Below the pieces are notes generated by a model, which was not told the DNA's origin, did not search any database, and saw nothing but the letters and a program-made list of their open reading frames with translations. From Callorhinchus milii (taxonomy: Eukaryota), in assembly GCF_018977255.1 (NCBI RefSeq), contig NW_024704742.1, positions 77,440,001 to 77,504,000 on the forward strand: a DNA stretch of 64,000 nucleotides, in the 5' to 3' direction. The position numbers and the translations under genes were made by a program. Positions 27,769 to 40,064 of this stretch are shown in pieces. Numbering within the stretch: position 1 is the first letter of the stretch; the number at the start of each line of letters is the position of its first letter.

Positions 27769-28447
27769 CGATGATTTGTGGGGCAAGAGGATCATTATCA
27801 ATCCTGCCTGTCATGTTGCACGCACGTAAAGGGAGAACAATTGGTAACGTCCTCACACCTAAGTGTTTATAAATTTCTCCCCACAATTTTTTTTAAACAG
27901 AATCTCACAGTGTGAGAGATTTTACCCATATTGTCTATATTGGCAGAGCTGATTGTCACATACTGACTGGTGATACATAGGAATGCTTAAATAGAGAAGA
28001 CATTGAGTCAGGAGTAGGGAGACTATTCTGAAGAAATTCATGTGCAAAACAATTTTAGTGCTCATTGATTTGGTGCTTATCTCCACACCAAACTCAGATT
28101 CCACATGGTTTTCACTACAGTTCTCACCAGGCTCTACTGCCTCCCTATGGATGAATTTTAAAGTCCTTACCCTCACCTATAAATCCCTTCATGCCCCAGA
28201 AACTCCCTGTCTCCATGTTTTTCTCAAAGAAGGGAATTTCTCCCAGTGTTCTAGCCAACAAATCCCCCCAGATAAAATTGTTTATTCATTCATGGCTGTT
28301 TGTAGGACATTGTTGTCCGCCAATTGGCTGCCAGATTTTTGCCACAAATCCACAGTCAAGACACTTCATAGAAAAATCTTGTGAAGTGCTTTAAGTCATC
28401 TCAACCGCGTGATAAAGTCTTACATAAAATACAGGGATATTGCAATA

Positions 28448-30964
28448 TCGATACTCTTGCCCCCATCACTTCCCGCACTGTCTCCTACTCCCTCTCCTCC
28501 CCCTGGTACACCACCCACCTCCGCTCACTGAAAAGCCAGGTGCGGGCTGCTGAACGCACCTGTGTCAAATCTGGCCTAACGGTCCACCGACAAATCTGGC
28601 TGGACCTCCTCAAAATTTACCGCTCCACTCTAGCCTCGGCCAAGTCGTCCTTCTACTCCAAGACAATAATAATAATAATAATAATAATCCTTGCATTTGA
28701 TATAGCGCTTTTCACGTCGGGAGGACGTCCCAAAGCGCTTCACAGAATAGACTGTAAAGTGAATTGACTGTATATTTGTGGGCGAACGCGGCAGCCAATT
28801 GCGCACAGCAATGTCCCACAAACAGTCGTAGATTGAAAATGACCAATTTATTATTGTTTTTTTTTTTTTTTTGGAGGGATTATTATTAGGCGTGTGGAGT
28901 AAGGAAACTTGCCCAAGGTTTCGCCCTGACCTGCCTGGAATTGAACTCAGGTCTCTCACTTGCAAAGCGAGTGCTCTAACCACTGAGCTACAGGACTCAA
29001 GATAATCTTGGAGGCGAAGAACAACCCCAGGCTACTGTTTTCCACCACAACCCGACTCCTCCGTCCCCCCCGCCACCCCGCGCAGGTCATCTCCTCCAAC
29101 CTTCACTGCGAGGAGATGCTGGATTTCCTTGAATCCAAGATCAAGGGAATTCGCTCCGCGGTCACTTCCCCTCCAACATCCACCAACCCCCCACCCCCTC
29201 ACTCCCACACTCCGACTGCTACCCATCCTCCCCTACTCACTTTTGTACCCGTTTCCCCACCCTCTGTCACCAAACTCATCCTATCCCTGAAACCAACCAC
29301 CTGCTCCCTTGACCCCATCCCCACTCCACTCCTTATCTCCCAGCTCCACTTTCTTGCCCCACATATCACCGACATCGTCAACCTGTCCCTCTCCTCTGGC
29401 TCTGTCCCCATTCCCTTAAAAACTGCCACCATCACGCCCAACCTGAAAAAACCCTCCCTTGATGCGTCGCAGCTATCAAGCTACCGGCCCATCTCCAACC
29501 TCCCCTTTCTCTCCAAGGTCCTGGAAAGAGTTGTCGCCTCCCAACTGCGCTCTTTCCTTTCCACCCATTCACTTTTCGAACCCCTTCAGTCAGGTTTCCG
29601 TGCTGCCCATAGCACAGAAACTGCCCTGGTCAAGGTCACCAATGATATCCTGACCATCTGTGACCAGGGCTCCCTCTGCCTCCTCGTCCTCCTCGACCTA
29701 TCGGCAGCATTCGATACGGTCGACCACGCTATCCTACTCCACCGCTTGTCCTCCCACCTCAACCTTCAAGGCACTGTCCTTGAGTGGTTTAGGTCGTACC
29801 TTTCTCACCGTCTTCACTTTGTCTCCACAAATGGCTTCTCCTCCACCCCCCGCACTGTCTCATGTGGTGTCCCTCAGGGCTCTGTCCTCGGTCCCCTCCT
29901 CTTCACCCTCTATATGCTCCCCCTTGGTGACATCATCCGCAGACATGGAGTTAACTTCCACATGTATGCGGATGACACCCAACTCTACCTTTCCTCCTCT
30001 ACTCTCAACTCCACGACCACCGATGTCCTGACAGCTGCCTGTCCGACATCGAGTCCTGGACGAGAGACAACTTTCTTCAGCTCAACGTGCGAAAAACCGA
30101 GGCCCTCCTGATTGGCTCACGTCAGCGCCTCCGCACCTCAGGCGCCGACACCATCAGCATCCAAGGCTGCACTCTCCACCTCTCAAAGCCAGTCAGGAAC
30201 CTCGGCGTTTTGTTCGACCCTGAGCTGTCCTTTCTCCCTCACATCCGCACCACAACTGGCACCGCCTTCCATCACCTCCGGAACATCGCCAGACTACGGC
30301 ATTACCTCACCCCTCACGCTGCTGAAACCCTGGTCCACGCCTTTGTCACCTCAAGGCTGGACTATGGGAACTCTCTCCTCGCCGGCCTTCCCGCCACCTC
30401 CCTCCACAAGCTGCAGGTCATTCAGAACTCTGCAGCTCGTGTACTGTCCCGCACCAGGCTTCGCGACCACATCACTCCCACCCTCGCTCGCCTCCACTGG
30501 CTCCCCATCCCCCAGAGGATTGATTTCAAGATCCTCATCCTCACCTACAAGGCCATTCACGGCCTTGCTCCCTCCTACCTCTCTGACCTACTATCCCCCT
30601 ACCTACCTGCCCGTACCCTCCGTTCCTCTGGCTCCGGTCTGCTCCACGTCCCCCGCCCCAATCGCCCTACCATCGGTGGTCGGGCCTTCAGCCTCTCAGC
30701 CCCAGGCTCTGGAACTCCATCCCCCAGTGCCTTCGCCGCCTCCTCCCTCTCCTCCTTCAAGGCCGGTCTCAAAACCTTTCTCTTTGACCGTGCCTTCAGC
30801 TCCCCTCTCGACTCTCTTCCCCCTCCTCGCTCCCTCCCTTCCCTCCCCTCACCCTGACCATTTCCCCCCTGCTCGGGTCCTGACCCAACTGTGCAGCGCC
30901 TTGGGACGTCCTCCTGACGTGAAAGGCGCTTTATAAATGGAATCTTGTTGTTGTTGTTGTTGTT
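28448..30964 (+). mobile_element. Young 5'-truncated L2-clade LINE (ORF2 reverse transcriptase, disabled), interrupted by a SINE
   Basis: RT motifs [46 protein letters not shown] and YADD (29965-29976), plus L2-type C-terminal motifs SRLDYGNSLL and LHWLPI. Ends in GGGACGTCCTCCTGACGTGAAAGGCGCTTTATAAATG...(TTG)n. Apparent 1-nt frameshifts near 30032 and 30700. No endonuclease domain is visible. Confidence 0.95.
28668..28997 (-). mobile_element. Young tRNA-Ala-derived Deu-domain SINE inserted in the L2 ORF
   Basis: Reverse complement reads GAGTCCTGTAGCTCAGTGG (A box), GTTCAATTC (B box), Deu-like core GTTTGTGGGACATTGCTGTGCGCAATTGGCTGCCGCG, an L2-like tail and (TTA)n. Target-site duplication caagacaat (28659-67) / caagataat (28998-29006). 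Confidence 0.93.
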
Positions 30965-32170
30965 GCAAGGATAACTATCATTATATTCTCTGGCCCACTC
31001 CTTTGCTTGCCCCTTCCACTCCACCATCAGTGGCCAAGCTTTCAGTAGCTGTGCTCCCATTCTTTGGAACCTCCTCAGTGCCCTCTCCTCTCTATCTATC
31101 TTTAACTCCTCTTTGACGAAGTCTATGGTACCTCCAACTACCGCCTCCCCCTGCCCCCAGCAACACTGTTTCACTGAAGCACACTGAAGCACCCTTCTAT
31201 GTGAAGGGTGTTATATAAATGCAAGTTGTTGTTATTTCATCACCTCACCAACACTCCCCTACAAGCGTAATGGACATGTAGGTTTAGTTGATGTTAGGTT
31301 TATGTTATTTTCAGTAAGGCATTCAAAAACAGACAATTTTTAGCCATTTCAAAACACAAAAGTTTTAGCTTTCTATATGAACAATAGCCAAGTGGTTGAA
31401 CCACAAACTAATTTTCCCCATAGGGAGGTGAGAACAGCCAGCATGCAGTCAGCCATTCCCAGTAGATTAAAACTTCAATTATTCAAACCACATTCACAAT
31501 ATTTCTGTTTAGTAGTGGCCATTTACTGTTAACCCATAGAGATTATGTGGTGTGCCCTTAATGTGGGTAATGTGCTTCTCGTAGTTTGATCTTGAAAAGC
31601 TGTCCCTGAAGTTGACATCATTTTATTTAAAATGAGCACCGTCTCCTTTGGTGTCGTTAGTTTTGTGTAATCTGACTCTCCAGACCTCTTTTGCTCCCTT
31701 TTGCGGATTAGGTCAGTAAGGATACGTTCTTTTTGTGCAGAAATTGAGGTTGAGACATTTTAATGTCTGCTTTTACAGAATAAGAGAAAATAATAATTCT
31801 CACCAACAAAAATATTCCTTTGTGTTGTAGTAGTAAGTACCACCTAGAAATAATCTCTTGGTTCCCAATATATTCTTATATTAATAATATTATATTAATA
31901 AAATATTAGGAGTTTCAAGCAATGATTCAGAAATCGAACTGCATTTCATTGCGATAGACAATGATGTATTGATCAGATTATTTTCTTTTTAAGAATCATA
32001 TCATTGCACCATTGTTTGGGGAATGATGTTTCACTATCCTTTGTTTCCTTTCTCCCTTACTTTTCTTTTCTCTCCTTCCCTCTCTGACCCTCATGCAACA
32101 TTCTGTTCAACTTTTCTTAGTCAAATTTTCTTGGTCAAATCAAAGCAGTCCACGACAAACCAATATGAGT

Positions 32171-32487
32171 GTAGAAATTCCACCCAGGTCTAGATTTATG
32201 CCATTAACATAACAATATTTGTTTCGCCCACAAATGTAGTCAATTCACTTTACAGTATATTGTGTGAAGTGCTTTGAGACATCTAGAAGATGTGAAAAGC
32301 GCTATGCCAAATGCAAGAACATCCAGAATTTGGCAAATTCTTAATACAACCTTAACTTTGAATCCTGTTAAGAACTGCAGAAAAACAACTTCAAAGTTAA
32401 GACTGAATTCAAAAATTTGACAATTTCTACATGTGCCAAAATGCTACATTAATAGAGTAACTTAAGACCAGGTGGAATTTTACCCCA
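32171..32487. mobile_element. Palindromic MITE-like element interrupted by a SINE 3' half (about 32215-32318)
   Basis: GAAATTCCACCCAGGTCTAGATTTA at the left end and AGACCAGGTGGAATTTT at the right end. A related copy lies at about 35895-36118. Confidence 0.55.
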
Positions 32488-34529
32488 ATAGTTTTTTTTT
32501 GTATTTTTTTTAAAAAACGTTTCCACTTTCTTAAGTTTGATTGTTGAGTAGTGACTGGCCAAAAGTCATCGTTATACAGATCGAAAGTGTCATGAACACT
32601 ACCATAGAGGATTTCATTCTCTGCCAAGACATTTCATTTCAAGAATCTCACAAAGTACATTTTGTTCAGAAAGAATTGTTTGAAAAAAAATTCTCTAATT
32701 GAAAGAGGGAATACTCTAGAACCTTTATGTTAAATAAATACAGTTCCCTATTTAGCATCACTGTTATTACTTCTAAAAATCATAGAATATTACAGCACAG
32801 AAGGTGGCCATTTGGCCCATCGTGCCAGTTCCAGCTCTTTGGAAGAGCTACCCAATCAGTCCCACGCCCCCACTCTTTCCCCATGCCTTTTCAAATTTTT
32901 CCTTTTCAAGTACCTATCTAATTCCCTTTTGAAAGTTGTTATTGAGAATATATATATTCTTAAACATTCCCACAAAATCTTGCATCTCAAATATAATCTG
33001 TGCATTTAATTTAAATGATAGTTGGGTTGGTATTTACAAAGATGGGGCTTCAGTTGGGCATGAGAGTAGATAGACTGCTAAACACAAATCTAATATTACA
33101 GTTTTCTCTGTTTCAGAACCATACAAATTTACAGCAAAGAATGCCATTCAGCCCATTCTGTCTGTGTTTGATCTTAGGAGTGATCCATTCAGTTCCATTT
33201 ACCCTACTTTTCTCAACACCCCTGCAAATGACTCCTTTGTATAATAATAATAATCCTTGCAATTGATATAGCTCCTTATCACAGGATTTAATGTAAAGTG
33301 GAGTGACTGTGTTTTGTGAAAGAAATGCAGCAGCTAGTTACAGCATTGACCCACAAACAGCCATGGAGTGAATGAACAATTTTATTTCGGCGATTTTGTT
33401 GGCCAGATTAAGTCCATTCTCATTTTGAATAAGGATCTTCAACATCCACCCGTCACTCACTACAAGCAGTTGCATAGCAGAATAATACCGCTCTGTTACC
33501 TTTGGAATGGTGAAATTCCCCCATCGCTGCCATGATTCCCTGTGGCCTGTGACTTGTCTCAGCAGTTACCCTTCTGCTTTGAACAAGTGGTCGATATCTG
33601 ATGCCAGTTAGTAGTTTGTTGCCCTTATCATTAACTAATTCTTACTTTGATTACTTCTTTCAATCTGCACTCTCTCAACCGGTTTCGCAATGTCCTTTAC
33701 CAAAGTGCCATTCCTCTTCCATTTTACAAGATCTGTCTCCACAAAACATTTTATGCCCAATCAGTTTAAGTATTTGTCAAATTCTGTTTATGTTTCTGTG
33801 ATGTCAGCAATGTAAATATTTTCCCAGACTATGTAGACTTTTATTCACCTACAAAATACACAGTCCTACACTCTACAATAAATCTCATGAAGCACTTTGA
33901 GACATTTTGATACATGCTATATCAAATGCAAAGATTATTATTGATATTATAATTTATTGCTAAAAATCTTTGCATTAGTACAAAAACACTGTTTCTCACT
34001 TCATGGTTGTTTGTGGGGCATTGCTATCCGTAAATTAGTTGCCTCATTCACCTAAAAAATTATAGTCACTACCATTCACAGTAAAACCTTGTGAAGCGTT
34101 TTGAAACGTCTCAATGACGTGATAAGGCTCTATATCAAATGCAAGGATTATTATTTTTTATCAACACATCACCTTGAACAGATTTTCATTCTTTTTCTTA
34201 ACTTTGAACAACTGCCTCTTGAATACCATTAAGTTTTCCAGAATATTTATTTGTCTCCCCCAAATCTATTTTGAAGTAATCTCAATTAGTGTTCCAGTTT
34301 TGATCCCTACCTGGTTATATGTTGACCACCCTTCACTTAGTGACGATTACCACAGGCCTGACTTTGCCACCTGTGTCTTCTTGGAGCCAGTTCAACTGAG
34401 CTATCCAATGAGCTGCATTGACATGGTAGACAATTGAGCAATTTAGCTAAAAGGAACCACTAAGGATTGATTGATCGATCGATCTAGTTAGAAGGAACCA
34501 TTTTGAGGATGTTGAACCCCAACTTGATA

Positions 34530-35305
34530 TTGGGAAACTATGTGATGTAGTGCATCTCAACTTCCAAAAGACCTTCGAATAAACTCCTTTAGGTATGAAG
34601 AGTAAGGCAAGGATGTAGATCAGTAAAGATGGCTAAAGTGAAGGAATGGATCCCATAAATGGCCTGAATTTGCAGACTCAGTACAGGATAGTTGAAAGAG
34701 ACCAAAGTGCATGAGTTGATTCATTGCTCATATGAGTATGAGAGGAACAATAAACATAACAAGCAAAGCAAAAGGGATGCCAAAGTAGTTTAGTTCAAAT
34801 TCCCAGAAGTTGTTTTTTAAGATGTGCACATTTCTTGCCCATCCATCTCTTATTAATCCATGACCCAGAGACAGTGCAGAGGAGACCAATGAGGCTGATC
34901 CCCTATGGGATGAGAAATAAGATCCCCAGCCTTGAAAATGACATTTCGAAAGGGACTTGATGGAAACGTATAAAATACTGTTTAATCTAATTCAGAAAGA
35001 TATACAGCATGCTAAACGGGATAGAAAAAAATACTTTCAGATATGTGTGCCCATCTTGTAGGACACAAAGACACATAACTTCAGGTTATGAATAGCAATT
35101 AAGAACAAACACCAAGACATAGTTCTCAGTGCAGAATGTAATGAACAGCTGGAAAGGGTTACCAGGACAGTAAGAGAGGCCGGATCACTGAGTTCATTTT
35201 AGTAACAGCTGATTGGTATAATCGGAAAGCAATCGGGTGGGTTCACTGGAAGGAAAAGATGAAATAGGCCACAGGGCCTTCTTCATCTAAACCCCTGTTG
35301 TGATC
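34530..35305 (+). mobile_element. Highly degenerate CR1-type LINE fragments
   Basis: GATGTAGTGCATCTCAACTTCCAAAAGACCTTCG resembles DVVYLDFQKAFD, and AGGGACTTGATGGAAACGTATAAAATA resembles GDLIETYKI. Ends in a GGGCCTTCTTCATC-type tail. Confidence 0.55.
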
Positions 35306-36467
35306 TTATCCTGAGGAGCTAATGTTTAAGCTCTTTTGCCCACACCTGCTTTGAGTTTTTATAAACACCAGCTGTGGTTTATCCCATTGAAATGAATAGA
35401 AACTGGAAATTGACAGTGAGAAATGGGTATTGTTGTCTGGAGCGATTGTGCCCAACCTATTAATAATTGCAGAGCATTCTGCAAAGAGGAGTAGCAGCAA
35501 TAATGTATGCATGTACATGCACATATGTGAGAAATCATGTGCGATTATCTCAACACAACTTAAACAAAACTGTTAATGTTTTCTGCAATAGACTGAACAA
35601 GTCCAATTTAACATTGAGGTTGCTATCCAGTGAGATCTACCAGTTAAATTTTCTCTACAAGTGCACGTGTCCAATATTGTGATGCATAATAAACATTGAA
35701 AATCAAGATTTCCTTTGTACACATACCAAAGTAAATTAGAACACTAAACTTGGCAGCATCAAAACACGAGGAGTTTCAGAGGAGAGCGTGCTGAGCAGCA
35801 TGGGCTATCATCTACCAGACTTCGGGGTCTAAGATATGATATTTGTAGGCTAAATTTGTTACATTAATTGTAAATTAGAGGAAGGACACTTTTATGTATC
35901 TAGATTTATTGTTTTTCTTAGCTTTTCTTTGCATTTCAGAGCACCCAGAATTTGGCAATTTCTTAAACAGCGTTAATTTTCAAGTTGTTTTTCAATAAGT
36001 CACTTCCATGAACTACAGAAAACTGGCCTCAGAGGCTGAATTCAACAATTTGCCAAATTCTGCACCCTCTAAAATGTGACATAAATTGAGTAAATCTAGA
36101 CCCAGGTGGAATTTCTCCTCCGTAGTTTGGAGTATTAACCTACAAAATTTGCTGCTTGCAATTTCAAAGTCATCAAACTTTGAGAAAAGAGTGGTGAGCA
36201 AAAGACTGGCCATTTCTCACAGACCTTTTGGCTGACTTTGCCAGCTTGTCCAACCGTGAATTTCTCAAACCGGAAATCACATTTAACCAAACCATCAAAT
36301 CTGGTTTGTAAATATTGCCTTGTAACCTCCTTTGTTTAGAATTAAATTTCAAGAGCATAGGTTTGTCAAAAAAGATGTGGATTACAGATGCACAACACTA
36401 TTAATCTCATTTCCATTTATTCAGGCGAACGTCAGCTAATGTTAAGTGTTAAATTCTAATTTGTGTC

Positions 36468-36850
36468 AAGCCTGGTTCAGTCTTTAGCACACTCACCTCT
36501 GAGCCATAAGGTTTGGATTCATGTTCCGTATTGGGGACTTTGAGTTCATAGTCCAGTCTGCACTTTAGTTAATGCTTGGGACATGATGCATTTGCTATCC
36601 TTTGATGAGATGTTAAACCCATGACACTGTTCAAAATGAGGAGGGAGTTTACCGGTTAACAACCCTCCAGATAAAACTGATCAGTGAGTTCTTGGTTGCT
36701 TGTGGGACATTGCTGAGCAACAAATTGGCTGCTGCATTTGCCTGTGTATTGCACAATCACTGCATTTAACAGTAATTGCAGTACAATGAAGCACTTCAAG
36801 GTATTCCAGTGTGATGAGGCGCTATATTAAATGCTGTGATTAGCATTATA
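36468..36850 (+). mobile_element. Older Deu-domain SINE, about 350 bp upstream of the NFIB terminal exon
   Basis: Head CTCACCTCTGAGCCATAAGG, GATGAGATGTTAAACC, core TTGTGGGACATTGCTG...AATTGGCTGCTGC, tail GAGGCGCTATATTAAATGC. Confidence 0.7.
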
Positions 36851-37194
36851 ACTTAAAATAATCAAACTTATTTACTTCATTGCCTTAGCTCAAGTTCAAG
36901 TAAATAGCTGTGTCTAGGGAAAGATACTGGGCAGAATTCCATCCCCCTGCCTATTCATAGATTCGTAGAAATTTACAGCGCTGAAGGAGACCTTTTGGCC
37001 CATTGAATCTCAAGCTACCCATTCAATTCATAGCAAATGGGATGAAATTCCACTCAGAATTTGTAATACTATTTTATCGTGAGTTGGCTACATAAACTGA
37101 ACGCACATCACTGGAGTAAAACCTAATGGATTTAATCTGTTATCCAGAAGAAAGCTGACCACATTGATTTATTTGTGTTTTTCTTTCTCCACAG

Positions 37195-37212
37195 TCCTGG
37201 TACCTGGGCTAG
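37195..37212 (+). CDS. NFIB: NFIB terminal exon, canonical frame: SWYLG*
   Basis: Strong acceptor tttgtgtttttctttctccacAG| (AG at 37193-94) with a branch-point-like CTGAC at 37155-59. TCC TGG TAC CTG GGC TAG gives SWYLG*, the known C-terminus of NFIA/NFIB. Confidence 0.92.
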   Translation, partial: SWYLG

Positions 37213-37324
37213 CCTGGTCCCATTCCAAGTGTCAAATGGGACGACCATCCTGCCAACGAATGTCCAGAATTACAGTTTAAACTTCATCGGTGAACCCTTC
37301 CTGCAAGCGGAAACGACAAACTGA
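37195..37324 (+). CDS. NFIB: NFIB terminal exon, alternative frame used after a phase-2 exon: (S)PGTWASLVPFQVSNGTTILPTNVQNYSLNFIGEPFLQAETTN*
   Basis: Open frame from 37196 to TGA at 37322-37324 (42 codons). Matches my recollection of the human long NFIB isoform end SPGTWASLVPFQVSNRTPILPANVQNYGLNIIGEPFLQAETSN, which favours NFIB over NFIA. Confidence 0.88.
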
Positions 37325-40064
37325 GGACAAAGAAGATCAAAGCGTGATTCCAAATCGAAAGGAAAAGTCTTCAGAAACAAGACAAGTGATTGCGGGCGCT
37401 CACAATCACTAATTTCTTGCAAGCTTAAAATCTGCGTAAATGGTATTTCATCAGTGACACTGAAGGGTGATTTTAGTACCTGGATGGTGAGGTGACAGAT
37501 CATGTCCCAGCAACCGGCCTTTATTGAACAATGGGATCCACTAGGGGGACAGTTGTTTAATTTCCAGATCTGACAAACTTAATACACTTATTAGCTTTTA
37601 GATGTTTAAGAGTTTGCATGTTTAGACAGTTAGTGGGGTTCAGGTAACTTTTTTTTTAAAAAAAATTGTTTTCACTCAGTTCAAGAGTAGTAAAACTACA
37701 TACAGCCCTGTCCTCCTGGTTTGACAAGGTTTGAATTGCAAGATAAAGGCTGGGTGAGGAATGTATATGTAATTTTGTGTTTTCTACAAAACTGTTGTCT
37801 GAGGGGATGAAAGGCCCGCGAAGCACACATTTAGTCTATGCACACTATGCTACTGCAGAGAGAAAAAAAACATAAGATACAGTTCTGCTGGATTTAGATT
37901 TGACAATTGACTCCACCAACTGTTTCTTGTTACTGAACCCTTTTCCCTTTTAATGCTTAGTGCGCAAATCCGAAGAGAACAAATTTGACACAAGAGCATT
38001 TTGAAAAGCACCAGGGTTATAGATTCAAGGGGGTAAAACTCCCCTTGAATTTCCGGATTCGAATGCCGTCATCTGAATACGAGAATGAAGCTCGGTTGAT
38101 ATTTTTATGTTGCCCTTAAAAAGAAATGTCAGTAAATTTTTTTTTAAATGAAATAAATCACTTAAGAGGCAAGTGCAATTTAAAATTTCTGAGTGAGGGG
38201 ATTTATGTAAGTCCTTTTGCCCTAGGACTCTAAATTGAGGGGACATAATATAATCTTTAACTAATTCTGAACATTTTACCCCTCCCCTCTGATGTGCATT
38301 TATTAAGGGAAAAAAATGCACATGGACACATCCTGCTGTGACATGCTTACTTAAGAAGGCAATTGAACAGAATTGGAAAATGCTGCACTTGGTTCCTTAT
38401 ACTCCATTACCTCAATGGAGTTTAATAAAATATATATGTGTGCATCAGGTGTGTCAAAAATATGAAATATTAAAAAAAATGCATGACGCAAACCGTTTTT
38501 CCAAGGACGTAGACAAAACCATATCACGTGGAGGCTGCTGGTGGGCAGCATCGCAGTTTAAAAATCAATGGCAACAGGGATGGAGGCGCTAGACCTTTTC
38601 GCACTCTCGTGTGTCAATGCTTTTCCTACTCACAGGGTGCCGAGTAATGCATGGTGCTTCTCCTTCACAATTCGCCTTGCTATCCGCCTGACAGTGCTAG
38701 TGGCAGGACTCCAGTGTGCATGGCAAGTCAGTTTTGCCTCTTCTGTTTCTCTGTAACTCTAATAGACCTTTTCTTGATTTGCACGAAGTTATATAGTCCA
38801 CATTACGTGCCTTGCCTTTAAAATAAGAAAAACAGTGACATCACTGCACACGTTTGCTGCGTATATTATAGCTCATCCTATGAAATTTACCATTTGTATG
38901 AAAGAAAAATTATTTTGTACTCCAGAGGACAGTGTGACATCACTAATTGTCAATATTCAAATACTTTTGACTTTGTTAGCTCATTTATAAAAGCGTATCA
39001 TGGCTGTGTATAGTTGGTGCTTAAAAATTTTTTAATCAGCCAGTAATATTTTTCAGTATTTTTGGCAAGTTTTTCTATTAATCTTCATGTTTTTTTTTCA
39101 TCTTTCAATTACTTGTTTGGGGGGTTTTGAATTTGTAAGAATTATGCAATACCACGTTTTTGTCTACATAGGTAAAGCTTTTAGCTACATTGATTATCAC
39201 AAGTTAGTATGCAGAATAGCTGACGTAAGCTTTTTTTCTTTTCCATTTTTAATTGACCAAAGTTGGTGCTGCTTTCTATGCAGTATGATAGGTCCTTTTT
39301 TTTCCTGTATAGAAAGATTAGGGGAGAATGTTTTGGGGAGGGGGGATTTTTTAAAAAAAGAACACTACAGCACCGCTGTGAAGCATAACGCCATTTGCCA
39401 GACACAGGCTGCAAAGTAACTGCTCTGTCTACTGTGACAAACTTTAAACTAGGTCTTTCTATTGACTTTCCACCTGGGGTGCAAGATTAACTCATTTTAT
39501 TAAAAATATATATGTATGAGTTATATACGTATATAAAATACATTGTCATTTTCACTGGAGGCAGGCTTGACTTGAGCTTCAATGTTTATTGAGGAGTTGG
39601 GATTTTTCCCTTGTGAACAATTTGGCATTTTTTTAACATCCTTTTGTTGACCTTATAAAACCGAAGCAGAACAAGGAGTCTAAAATCCTGCTTTCACGTT
39701 CTATCAGTGAAAGCTCACCAGGAATGCTTCCCTCTTCAGCCCTACTGGGGTACCTCATGGTATCTGGCCAGAAAGTGGTCGGCAATGATGTTTGGACAAA
39801 ACTATCTCACTAGCGTTTCTCTCTCGGGATCTGGTTAATTAAAAAAAATAATCTTTCCATCTTTCAGAACACTTATTAATTTTTTATCATCTTGATCAGC
39901 GACTGATCTCTCCCTCTTACTAGCTACCGGCTCAGTCACAAAACCCTTAGTCATCAAGCACAGCAGAGATCTCCACACAACAGTCTGGGTTTAAGTCAGC
40001 TCTTAAAAATACTCATTCTGAGCGGCTTTCAAATGACTCAATGTAACAATGTTTTTTTTTTAAG

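Noticed and set aside
29008..30936. RT ORFs as a host gene, retron or other novel RT system; overlapping 274-aa Pro/Ser-rich ORF
   Set aside because: Ordinary truncated L2 ORF2 with a LINE tail. The overlapping ORFs are by-products of C-rich sequence.
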